Source of the DNA: Carcharhinus amblyrhynchos
Taxonomy: Eukaryota
Direction of reading: 5' to 3'
NCBI GenBank assembly: GCA_965287045.1
Contig: OZ336885.1
Coordinates: forward strand, 66,030,001 to 66,094,000
Length of the DNA: 64,000 bases
The translations under genes and the position numbers were made by a program. Under the pieces are notes generated by a model. That model saw only the letters and a program-made list of their open reading frames with translations. It was not told where the DNA came from and did no database searches. Each line of letters opens with the position of its first letter. The first letter of the stretch is position 1. Shown here one piece after another: positions 13,341 to 25,290 of the stretch.

Positions 13341-13954
13341 GAGATGGTCAACAATACTGGTCTAGCCAGCGAGACCAGCCAGTCAAAATAAATTTAATCA
13401 ATAAAATTAAATAAATAAATAATGAATTTTAATCTGTTAGGATATCAGATAGATCAGAGGGAAACGTAGGTTAAAAATAAAAGACAGACAAGTTGTATTG
13501 TTCCTTTGGCTGGCCAATGCCATTCATATGTGGCCCATTGTACACCATCAAATTTCAAAGCTACACGATTCGAGGAAAGCCCATCTGCTGCAGAGACCGT
13601 GAGCTCGGAAATAGAATAATTCTATGCCCTGATCAACAATCTCCCTAAACAATAAAATATCAGTACCTTTCCACAAACGGATCCACCCCACCCCACCCCA
13701 CCCCCGCCTCCAAATCTGACTCCTCATTCCTGATTGATTTTTTTCGTGTTTATTTCTCGCTCGAAATAACAATGCGTTTCCGCATAAAGAAACGATCAGA
13801 AAACGCTAAATTTGATTCACATCACGTACATTTGATGATTCGTAGTCAGGTCAATTTGCTAATTATGTTAGCTGTGATTCCACGCTGAACAATTCGATAC
13901 AACTGTGTCTTTTTTTTAAGACAATGATTCCAAAACACTTGTGTTTTATTTCAG

Positions 13955-13981
13955 AACTCCAAGCCCTTCGCGAAAAATTGG
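13955..13981 (+). CDS. Candidate 27-nt phase-1 micro-exon (ELQALREKL)
   Basis: tttatttcag|AACTCCAAGCCCTTCGCGAAAAATTGG|gtaagc. Strong splice sites, coiled-coil-like peptide. Confidence 0.75.
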
Positions 13982-15809
13982 GTAAGCATGATATATCAAT
14001 TTGCTTGTCAATCGGATTCATACTTTAGTTTCCAATAAATGTTTTTTGAAGCAAAGATTCATAATTGAATCCGAAAATTTTGCAAGCAAGTTTTCCTGCA
14101 AATTGTGAATGATTAGAGGTACCAGCAGTAAACTGAATTCTGCGACATGTCATACATGACCGAAATATATAGCGAATATAATTGCTCAGGTAGATTATCT
14201 ACCTTTTCTTCGTTTTAGAAAAAAAGTATCTCGCTGTCGCCATCATCTGGCAAGCGTATTTATGTTTAATCATGTTTTGCACCTGTATCACTTATGTGAT
14301 GTAACGATACAATCTGTTAAGAGTGAAATATACATTCTGTGCGATACCTTTAAGGATATAGTGTGCACAATTACAATAAACTGGATTGTAAAACATCAAT
14401 GACAAAAGTGCATTTAATGGAAGGAAAGCACTAAGTGAAAAAAAGTTCGAAAAATTATGTTCTGCTTTGTAGCTTCTACGAGATTAATTGTCAAAATTAA
14501 TTTCATTTATCTTTTAATAGAAATTCATGTCTACATTTGCATACATCTCTATATTTATATCCATGCATACTTCTGCGCGATGAAAGATCAATCGTCGTAA
14601 TGGCAGGGAAAGCTAAAAAATCATTTAAAACTGCTCGGATGTGGGAACACTGGATCAAAATAAGCATTTTTTTTTTCGTTTTGTCTTACGTGATGAATAG
14701 AAACCTTGACAAAGTATAGCATCACATGGTTTAAAGATACTTTTTTGAAGCAAAGACTGAAATCTTTTACAAACAGGTTAACTATCAGTTTGTCCAATAG
14801 AGAAGCCGGCTCCATGACTAATTTAGGTATAGTGAATGAGAAGGCACAATTTTCATTAATAGTGAGATAGTGGGTCAATACTAAGTGCCATACAATTCTG
14901 AACTGGATGACGGGTAATATAACACTTATGAGTAACATTTTACACGTATATAGGGTGGTAGTGAGAATTTAATTGTCTGCACATGGATGATTCGGAACTC
15001 CTGCAAGCAATGAAGACGTTTTATTTGAAGATGATTTGATAGTGTCACGAGCAGCCTTACATAACAACGCAATAAAGTTACTGTGAAACATATAGATATT
15101 CACTTGCACTATTATCCAAGGCTATTGGTCAACTCGTGGAAAAAGGGGCAGAGTGGCACAGTCGTTCTTGACTAGCGTAGGCGTAATAGAATGAATGGGG
15201 GCGTTCTGTGATCTAATTTGCTTCGTAACTGTAATGAAATATTTAAAATTTGCCAGAGGAGGTATGGTGGAATTGAGTCTCGTTGGCTTAAATAATGAGC
15301 TGCAAATAAAAGGTGTGTATTTCGTGTTCCAGAGCGACTTGGATTTTATGTAAATTCAGTGAGAAATGTTGGTGCCTAAGGTATCACAACTTCTAAGAAA
15401 GGAGGGGAAGAAATGCATTAGTTGTTGAATAACAACAAAATATTTATTAAGGAAGTCTTACAGTGCACTTGAGATATGTTCGGTTAGAATGTTGCAACTT
15501 TTTTTTTCTCGCAGAAACGGAACCCTTTTTTCTAGTGCTGTAACAGTGTTTTGAGTTTGAAAGTAATAGGACAGATAGGGTGAAACAAACTGTTGGACCG
15601 GGCTGCATGACCAAAATGTATCGGACATGTTGCCATGGGAAACATGACAAAATACCAGTATAGTTAGTATGGGGTCATGGATTTGCAATTCCTAACTTTG
15701 CTTGGAGCGAATATTTTCCTCCACAGACACAAATCAGGGGAAGGATAATCTCTGGAGTGGCGGGAAGTGAAGACAGTCTGATTTGAATATGAAGGCTGTG
15801 AAAGGGAGT

Positions 15810-17197
15810 GGAACATCATCCCAATGCTAAAGAAACGCAAAGTAGCGTGCCTTAATGACTGCAGCCCAGTGGCACTGACATTCATCATTATGAAGTACTT
15901 AGAAAAGCTCGTCCTGGCACGAATTTATTTTATTCTCCCGGACTGACTGGATCCACTACAGTTCGCCTACTGTTACAATGGGTCTTCAGGAGATGCCATC
16001 TCCCTGGCCCTGGAACTGAAATCTGGAACACCTCGATCACGAAGACAACCATGTCAGAATCCTATGTACATATGGTAGCTCAATCTCCATTATTCCCACA
16101 AAACTCATTTCCTAACTCCGTGGCCAGGGCCTGGGCTCATTCCTCTGTGATTGAATCCGGATTTCCTTAACACACAGACCACGATCAATAAGGATAGTAC
16201 AACACCTCCTCCACGATCATCCTCAGTAACCATGCAGAGGATTGATGTATTGTTAGCCCCATCCTATACTCCTTATACACCTATAACTGTGCAAGTAATT
16301 TCCCCGCCAATTTGACTTGTTTAAGTTTGCCAACGACACCACACTAGTGGTTTGGATCTTAAACAACACGAGGCAGTGTACAGGTATGAAATAGATAATA
16401 CGGTGATCTGGTGCAGCGACATTAATCCCTCCCTCAATGTCAGCACAACGAATGAGATTGTCATCGTATTCAGGAAAGGCAGAGGAGAACGTGTCCCTGC
16501 CTACATCAATGGGCATCTTGCAGGAAAGGTCGAAAATTTCAAATGTTTAGGTGTCCAGATCACCAACAATCTTTCTTGGTCCCCTCATGACGATAATACA
16601 ATTTAAAAAAAACACCACTACTTCTAATTTCTCAGAAGAATAAGTACCTTTGGCATGTCGCTACAACTCCTACTAACTTTTGCAGATGCAACATAGAAAA
16701 CATTGTCCTAACACTTGAATCACAGCCTGATATGGCTCCTGCTCTCTCCAAGGGCATAAGAAATTTCAAATGCTGTGAACGTCGCCCAATCCAGCATGAA
16801 AACCAGAATCCCTCTGATTCTGTCTACACTTCCTGCTGTCTCGGCAAAGCAGTCAGAGAAATTGCGCCCCCCCCCGCCCCCCCCCCCCCCCGCCCCCCGC
16901 ATCCTGGACATTCTCGCTCCCACATTCTTCCATCAGCAAATTATACAAAAGTCTGAAGTCACGAACCAAACGACTCAGTAACAGTTTCTTCCCTGCCTTT
17001 TGATTGGACCTGCCTTGCATTAACCTAGTCTTTCTCCGCACCCTCGCTATGACTTTAATACCACATACTGCACTCTCCCGTTTCCTTCTCTATGATTGGC
17101 TTGCTTTGTCGGTATTGTGCGCAAGAAACAAAACTTTTATTTTACATCATGCTAGAGCACATGTGACAGTAATAAATCAAATCAAATCAAAATCAAA
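15810..17197 (+). mobile_element. Decayed Rex1/Babar-like LINE (RT region + 3' end)
   Basis: Fragmentary translations IIPMLKKRKVACLNDCSPVALT, DPLQFAY, KFANDTT and FKCLGVQITNNLSWS. Ends in an (aatca)n tail and carries many stops and frameshifts. Confidence 0.8.
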
Positions 17198-17574
17198 TGA
17201 AAATGTTGAATGACCGTTCCTCTGTCTACATTTTATAAAGCACAAACAGAAAGCGAACTATGTCACGCAAAATGTTGTGCACATTGATGTTCGTTGTCCG
17301 ACTGTGAGGGAAACGTTGCTGGGTTTGAGATTGATTGCTGGAGTGTGAAGATTTCGGTCCGTCGCAAAATCAAAGTACATGAAGTGCAAAATGTGAAACA
17401 ACTTTGATGCCTAAAGATAGGTGCGATGTTACCCGACGATATAACAAGTTTTACTAAGAACTTGGCAACGCCAGATTGTTTGCCTTCTGTAATTTTGCAT
17501 TTGCCTTGTGTTGCTGTATTTTCCCACTTTCAGAATAGATACTTATTTAGTGCCTGACACGATGCTTCGAAGCA

Positions 17575-18248
17575 ATTATAGGGGATTAGATTTAATAGCT
17601 GTGGGTGATAGATAAATTGACAGTAGATAGCCTGGGAACGGTAGCCGATGAGGTGATAGGGTTTTTTCACCTTTCAGTTTCGTTTTGGCTGCAGCTTTGG
17701 AGGCAGTTTCAAAAGGAAGCTGGACAAGAATTCTCTGCCTTTCTCTGTTCTGTGTTGAAAAAAATGACCAGTTAGCTGAAAGAAAGGCTTGTTGCCTTAT
17801 TACAGTAACTGATTTATGATTTAGGGTTTTTGAGAGCAGTGATGACTGCAGGTTGTTCTGAGCATACAAGATCATTTGAAATCAGCATTCAACCCAAGGA
17901 ACGACATTCCAGTATCATGTGAGATGTACTCTGGTTAGAGTTTAATCTGTTTAAAGTGCTTTGTTTATTGGAGTTTGGTTGCAACTGGAGCAAATTAGAA
18001 ATATTTAGTAAGGATTATACACTATAGATTTTATTTTTTTTAGCTGTAACTGTTAAAAGTTCTTGCTATTTTTCTTGCTATACATTTTAAAAAGATTTTG
18101 TTTGATGAAACCTCCCTATTAGGTCTCTTGAATAATACCTCAAGCGAAATAACTCATGTCTATTCTAACAAAATTAAAGGTGTAAAACATATGTTTCAAG
18201 CTGGCATCATAAAAATTAACTTTTGAGTTTTTGACCTGAACAGTAACA
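17575..18248 (+). mobile_element. Possible solo LTR
   Basis: A ~670 bp block with LTR-like character ending in ...gtaaca. No intact TG start or target-site duplication was confirmed. Confidence 0.25.
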
Positions 18249-18289
18249 ATTGTTTGTGGCGTGATTGAACAATGGGCTCATGATTGACA

Positions 18290-18560
18290 CAGGTTTAAGG
18301 TGCTGGGGAGCAAGAACAGAGGAGATGTTAGGGGCAGTTTTTTCACTCAGAGGGTGGTGAGTGAATGGAATCGGCTGCCGTCGGTGGTGGTAAAGGCAAA
18401 CTCGCTAGCGTCTTTTAAAAGACTTCTGGATGAGTACGTGAGATTCAATGGTATTGGGAGTTACAGGTAGTTCTACGGCCTGGTAGGTATGGATACGATC
18501 GGCACAACTTGTGGGCCGAAGAGCCTGTTTGTGCTGTAGTGTTCTATGTTCTATGTTCTA
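18290..18560 (+). mobile_element. CR1-clade LINE 3' end
   Basis: tttttcactcagagggtggtgagtgaatggaat (FFTQRVV..WN motif), tgggccgaagagcctg and a (ttctatg)n tail. Confidence 0.8.
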
Positions 18561-20264
18561 ATCCCAGCATTTTTTTTTACGTGAAAATAATTCCAACTAT
18601 ACTTATGAGGCTGGAAAACATCGCAGATAACCTTTCATCTTAAATGGCAACAGATGCAACACCTTCAATACTTTGTAGCGGCACAAAATTTCTGTAGAAT
18701 ACAACGTATACAAAACATACATGAGTGACACACCAAAGTGTCGGGAATGGGTTCCTAATTCTCGACCGATGAGGTAGGCATATGGTGGAGCATAACATTC
18801 AGTTTGATTCAAACAATTTGAATTGAATGTGGTGTTATAAATCACGTAAAGGGAACACGAGGAATAAAAGAGCAGTCAGCAAAGTTGAACTGCAAAACGT
18901 GATTAAAGGATGAATCAGCACAGACTCAGTATGAGTCATACAATGATAATCCAGAACTGCCAAAATAGGCGCATCCCAATGCGTAATTAAATCAGAGCGG
19001 AGGACAGGAGTTATTTGTAACTTTTTTTTGAAGAATGCATTTAATAGTGAAAACAAAATATTGTAAATCACAGGGCGTAAAAGAATGTAGCGATTACCGA
19101 GGGATGACACAAATACTGAGATTTAAGGAGAAGCTAAAGTGCATGAAATGCGATCAACAACGAAAGATATAGTTGGTTAGAGCATATATAGACAACAAAA
19201 TTAAAAAGAAGAAAAAACAAAGTTAACATCGGTCCCTCAGGAATTACAGTTTCAGAAATGATTATGGAAAGCAAAGCGATGGCAGTTGAGTGAAGCAGAT
19301 ATTAACATCCGTGTCCACTACAGAGCATACAAGTAACAGGTCAAAAACAGTTGTAGATCAGGAATTGGAAGGGAGAAGGCAATCTTGCAGTCAGACTTTG
19401 CGATAAAACCTGCAGGCAGAGGATTACAAGTTCTGCACAGACTTCAATAATTCTGCAATTTCTGGATGATAAAAAATAAATAATAAAACAAAACTGATGG
19501 ATTAGATTTAATTTTCCTTAATTACCTAGATTTTGCATAACATCACAAGTTTCCAAACGTAACTCCTTATTTCAAAGACATTGGGAAACACAACGCCGGA
19601 TTTTACAGGCTGTTAAACGAACATGCAACATAGAAGATGTCAGTAGCGAAGATTATTGATGTAAGTTCAGGACAACAGAAATAGCTCGACGAAATCAGCA
19701 CAAGCAACGCCGTATTATTAAAATGAAAGCACTTTGATTCAGATTGTTAGAGACGATTGACAGAATGGAGTGTGCTCTTGATAAAAAGGAAGAGGGGGAT
19801 ACCATTGCACTCATTTTTTTTTCCCGGAAGCATTATGATAAGATGTTCATCAGAACTAACTGTGGGAAACGCAAGTTGACTGCATAAGACGCGACATATT
19901 TCATGGATTCAGGACCCACCAGCTCACAAAACACATTGAGTTAGTATCAATGTTTATTATTTCGTAAAGTAAGGATATGACGAGTGGTGGGCAATTAGGA
20001 TCAGTTTAGAGGCCAAGGCATTTTACGTGGTATTTCGATGCTTCAATAAAGGAGATGAATGTGTGACTGCCAAATCTAGTGATGATGCATTGATAGATAG
20101 GAATGTAAATTGTGAAACACGCGTAACGCGGCAACAGAGGGGCATGCCTTCTTGAAATGAATGAACAACGATCTCTGAATTTGAGGAAGACGTGAACAAA
20201 GATGAAACTGTCCTTGTGGGCAGGCAACACCAGGTTTTAGTCCAACCTATTTATTTGATAATAT

Positions 20265-20304
20265 ACTCACTAGCTTTCGGGGTTACCCCCTTCGTCAGGT
20301 GAAT
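20265..20304 (-). ncRNA. Minimal type I hammerhead ribozyme (inverted copy)
   Basis: Exact reverse complement of 20845-20884. Confidence 0.75.
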
Positions 20305-20844
20305 GGAGAGTTCTGGCCTCAGACAGAGCATATAAAGCACAGACAGTTTAGAGATTACTGATTAAAATGCGAATCCTTACACCTAACCTGCTGTTCAAGA
20401 CCTGAAGTGGCTGATAATGTGAGTGGAAGGAGCACTGATCACAGGTTACAGAGATGTGTATTGTCTCCAGACAGCACAGCAAGTGAGGTTCTGCAAACCC
20501 AGGCAAGTCACGGGGGTCACAGACAGTGCGACACGAACCCAAGACCCCTGCCGAGACCGTCCCCATGTGTGCGGAACCCGGCCACCAGTCCCCGCCCAGC
20601 GACTCTGATGAATGAACATCGCTCGACAGTCACCAGGCAAGACTGTTCCCTTCCTGTTGGCGAGCACTTCGGTGGTCACGGGCATTCGGCCTCTGACCTT
20701 CGGGTGGGCATTCTCCAGGGCGGCCTTCGCGACACGCGGCGGCGCAGCAGGTTAACAGCAGGTTAGGTGTAAGGATTCGCATTTTAATCAGTAATCTCTA
20801 AACTGTCTGTGCTTTATATGCTCTGTCTGAGGCCAGAACTCTCC

Positions 20845-20884
20845 ATTCACCTGACGAAGGGGGTAACCCCGAAAGCTAGTGAGT
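20845..20884 (+). ncRNA. Minimal type I hammerhead ribozyme
   Basis: attcac CTGACGA a gggg-gtaa-cccc GAAA gc TA gtgagt. CUGANGA and GAAA cores, helix II GGGG/CCCC, palindromic AGCU helix III, CUA cleavage triplet, helix I attcac/gtgagt. Confidence 0.75.
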
Positions 20885-22076
20885 ATATTATCAAATAAAT
20901 AGGTTGGACTAAAACCTGGTGTTGTCAGACTTTTTACTGTGTTTACGCCAGTCCAACGCCGGCATACCCACATCTTGTGGGCAGGAACAGTAAAGATAAA
21001 TTATTCCCTCAATTGTCGGAAATTACAAACTTCTGGCAGTTGCTGGTGTTTTGGTTAATCGCAAATACTTAGTCTACATGTGCAGCCAATGATTAGAATA
21101 CTTAACATATTGTTACCCTAAGGGAATAAGACACGTGACAGATAATGCTTCAAGCAAATCAGCCATTAGTGAGATCGCAATGTCATCATCTCATCTATGG
21201 AAAGGTGTATCTGTGTAAGAATCAATAGATAATGTTTACTGGTATAATGGCAGGAAAGAATGTACTGCCTTTTGAAGAAATGTTGGAGAGATTGTATTTG
21301 CATGCATCATAATTTTGCAAATGCGAGCATAATTTGATTGAAACATTTAAAATCCTGATGTGCATCATATGGCTGATATGGGCCTGATGCCATGTTTGGA
21401 AAAAACGAAACTAGTGATTACTACTGTTAACTAAGATGTAGCTGATATTTTTAATCTATCATAGTGCCATAAATCTATTGAACCCTGTTGCACAAGAGGC
21501 GGCGCAAGTAAAACCTCTGAGTAATTTAAGGCTGAGGTGGCTCAATTACTGATTGACAGGTTGTTGAAAGGTTATCTGGGTAGTCACTAATGTAGGCTAT
21601 GTTCCAACCTAATGACTAGTGGAGGACGCTATTGGAACAGAATCGCGTTTGCCAAGTCCGCCATCTCTGCTGTCTAACATGACAAGGCAACAGTTCCATG
21701 GAAATCGATAACTGGAAGAATGATCTCCAAGCAATCTAACATCCTATAGTGGAGCTTTATTGCCATTCCATTTGGGCAACGGGGGGTGGGGGGCGGGTAG
21801 CAATCAGGGAAATAACTGGCCAACAGAACATACGCAAATCAGGATGGGGACTCCCCATTACTTTCTAAATATGAATGCACCATAAGTGTTGAAATTAACT
21901 GAAATTCCGCGAAATTCACTGTTCATGATAGAACGAAATGGATATAGATTATGGATCTTTCAATTAAGAACATTTAAACCAATTAATTTAGAAATAATAG
22001 ATTTTACACGTGGATCATATCGAAAGTGATTGTGAAAAATATGATAACAGAATTTTGCAAAATTGTCCCCTGATTT

Positions 22077-22408
22077 GCACTGCTGCCTCACCATGCTACG
22101 GGCCAGAATACAATTCCAGCCTTGGGTCGCCGTTTGTGTGAATTTTGCACATTCTCCCGCTGTTTGTGCAGGTTTCTTCCAGGAGTCCATGTGTTGTCGT
22201 TTCCTCCCACAGTCCAAAGATGCGCAGGTTAGGTGGATTGGCCAAACTAAATTCTCTCTTAGAGTCCAAATTTGTGTAGGGCTGGGGAGTCAGTGGGGCA
22301 ATTGTGTGGGGTAATGGGGATAGTGCATTTGGGCAGGTGCTCTGTTAAAGAGTCGTTTTATTATCAGTGATCCGAATGACCTCCTTCTGCTCTGCAGGGA
22401 TTCAATGA
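22077..22408 (+). mobile_element. HE1-like tRNA-derived SINE
   Basis: gcactgctgcctcac...gccttgggtc...tttgcacattctccc...tttcctcccacagtccaaagatgcgcaggttaggtggattggcc. Confidence 0.85.
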
Positions 22409-24405
22409 ATGGATTGGAACAGTTTATCTTGTGCCCAAAAAAAGCGTGGCGAAACTGAAAATAAAAACACGTTTGAGATAGTCAAAGAACCAAGTACATG
22501 AACCAATACATGTGGCTTCAATTGATTTTCATGTTTTCAAGTAAGGCACCATCATTCGGATGGAAAGTACAATTAATTCAGCAACAATTAATTTTAGAAT
22601 GAAATGATAATTAATCAATGAAGAGGAAACAACTAACCAGAATCAGTGATTTTAACGCATGATAACATATTGTTTAGTGGGGAACAGTCAGGGTAATTTC
22701 TGAAACCCAAGCTATTCACATGTTTCAACAATGGCTCCATCTTATCTCTTTCCAAACTTGTGAACCATATCCAATTCGGTGGAAACGTGAGTCATGAGAG
22801 TGTGCAAGAACAATTCATGGAGAGTTTTAAAATTTCGGAAAGGGTATAATATCATTATGCATCACATAATGTGAATGTATGCGAAAAATAAACAGATTAG
22901 TAATTACATTATGTAATAATTGATAAGGGATTGAGAAGTAGTGACATGCGAAACAAGTTGTCTGTAATGGTTTTCGGGTCATTAACAATTGTGCACCATT
23001 GCACCACATTACTACAAAAGCATTCCGATATTCAGCTTCATTTCAATTGCATTTCTGATCAGAAGTAATAATGTTCTGTTGCATGTCTACTGAACCGCGT
23101 TGAAATGCGTATTTTATCACCATGCGTAAGTTTACCCTCCTTAATAATGGAAACAAAAAGTATGCCTGCAGTAAGAAGGAATAATGAATTGTGCCGTTGC
23201 CGGTAACTAATATGCAGAATTTTGTTAATGTCTGGCATCGGTATTGCACTTTTTTCTTCAAATGAGATGTTAACAAGCTGAAGCATGCAACGTTCATGTC
23301 GGATTCTGCAGTGCAGCAGTTGAAACGAGATTTCCTTCCTTTTGGACGGACTGAAGGTCCACAGTCTTACTATATAAGGTGCGTCCATGACGACTCAGAG
23401 AAACTCATTCCATATCTTGTTCAATCATTGCAATTTTCTCAATAGGAGAGCTCAAGTCACACGTACACTTTTAGATAGCAAGAATATCGTGGGATATTGA
23501 AGGAGGTAGAAAAATGATCGATGTGGATGATCAGTCTCAATCTAGGTGAATGGAGGAGTATAATCTTATTAAATCAACCTAATGTTCGAATTCACACTGT
23601 CACTTCACAAAATAAAATAAGCCTTTCAATAATGTGGAAAAAAAGGACTGGTCATTAATAAAGCACCATAGGCAAGAGTTGTAGCGTTTTTGTGAGATTG
23701 CAATTCTTATGATTTATTTGCTTTGTTTTAATTTTGAAGCAATAATGTAATCTTTACTGAAAATCAGGACGTTGCCAGGATTTTGGAATGTTTGCATTAT
23801 TTTATTTCCAATCTTCTTTAATAAATTAATCGAAATAGCAATTAGGAAAACATGCAGTGCTGAGAATGATATATGGGTAAAGTATGAAAGAAAACAATCA
23901 AGATTTGGATTCGGCAAGACAGCACTTCGAAGATGTCAAGATAAAATTAGCAGAACAACGGCATTGTTTCTGGTTCTACGTCTTTTGGATAACTAGCTAC
24001 TCATAAGGATCAGATTTTCTTTTTCCTTTGATTTCATTGCCCACAACCAGTTAACAAAATTTGGCCTTTTCCTGATTATTTGCATGCAAATACACAGAAA
24101 TATCTTTGTTGTAACCAGGAATTCTATACATCCATGCATGTTTTGTTGATTTGTATTTCACTAATGCTCAAATGTCCCGTTAGCGAACAGTTTTTTTGTA
24201 ATTTCCGATTACTTTCAGATTTCCTTAAACATATGCCAGATGATGTTGCTGTTATTTCCTTTTTTCTTTTTCATCTTCTGTACTTTTGTCTTTGTCTCCC
24301 TTCTCCCCCTCCTCCTCCTCCTCCTTCTTCTAGTTTTTCTTTGTCTTCTTCTTCTTTGTCCTCTTCTTTTTTCACGATTTCTTTTTGGTACGTCATTTTT
24401 TGCAG

Positions 24406-24432
24406 GCACATCACTGCTGGCAAAGGAAAATG
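24406..24432 (+). CDS. Candidate 27-nt phase-1 micro-exon (GTSLLAKEN)
   Basis: ttttttgcag|GCACATCACTGCTGGCAAAGGAAAATG|gtaagc. Preceded by a long CT-rich tract. Confidence 0.72.
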
Positions 24433-24639
24433 GTAAGCTACAAATATGCTACGTTGAAGCAATAGTGCTAGTTGGAAAGGCATGGTGATATCATGGTATG
24501 TTTTCAGATTTATGTAATCCATTTTTCTCAACAAATGAAAGCTCATTTTGACGCTTGGGGAACATTTGCCGCAGCTGAAATATTGATGATCATGTTGAGA
24601 ATTATGGTGATCTATCGGTAACACTGCTGCAAACTCGAA

Positions 24640-25290
24640 GTGGAAATGCTCAGGAGTTTCCAATTTCTAGGTGTGCAGTTCACCAACAACCTGACTTGAT
24701 TCTTCCATGCCGATGCTATAGATAACAAAGGCCATGAACGCCTCTTCTTTTTTTTTGTGGATAAGGTTATTGAACATGCCCACTACGATCCTCGCCAACG
24801 TTTATAGGTGCACCAAAAATAAAATCTTTTTCTGAGTGTATCATTGCTCGGTATGGCTCATGCTCTGCCCGAGACGGCAGAAGACTACAATGGGTCGTGA
24901 AAGAAGCACGGCTTATCACCAATACTAGCTTACAATCCATTAACTCCTTGGAAATGCAGCCACCAGAATCAATGACCCCGAACATCCCGGACATACTCTA
25001 CTCCACTGTCTTCTTTTGAGGAAAAATATAAAAATATATTTCTTTTAAAAAGTCTGAGGTCACAAACCTATCGATCAACAACATTTTCCCCGCTGTCATC
25101 GGACGTTCGAATGGACCGACCTTTTATTAAGTTGATCTTTCTCTACACCCGAACTAAGACTGTAACATTACAATCTGCTGCCTTTCCTTCCCTTCGTTAT
25201 GGACGGTCTGATTTGTCTGTATAGCACACAAGAAACAATACATTTCATTTTATACTAATTTATGTGACAATATATTTTAAATCAATTCAG
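24640..25290 (+). mobile_element. Rex1/Babar-like LINE 3' fragment
   Basis: Colinear with 16530-17197 (tttctaggtgtgcagttcaccaacaacctg ... gtgacaata). Confidence 0.75.

Larger units (their letters stand above)
20225..20973 (+). mobile_element. Young Penelope-like retroelement fragment with inverted pLTRs and a 12-bp TSD
   Basis: 171-bp inverted repeat (20225-20395 / 20754-20924). Internal GIY-YIG C-terminal-like peptide MNEHRSTVTRQDCSLPVGEHFGGHGHS. Direct repeat cttgtgggcagg at 20213-20224 and 20974-20985. Confidence 0.85.
19100..21650 (+). mobile_element. Ancient, highly decayed CR1-clade LINE interrupted by the Penelope insertion
   Basis: Colinear weak similarity to 46350-48200 (aacatcggtccctcagga, aacgtaactccttatttcaaag, gcattatgataag). 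Confidence 0.55.
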
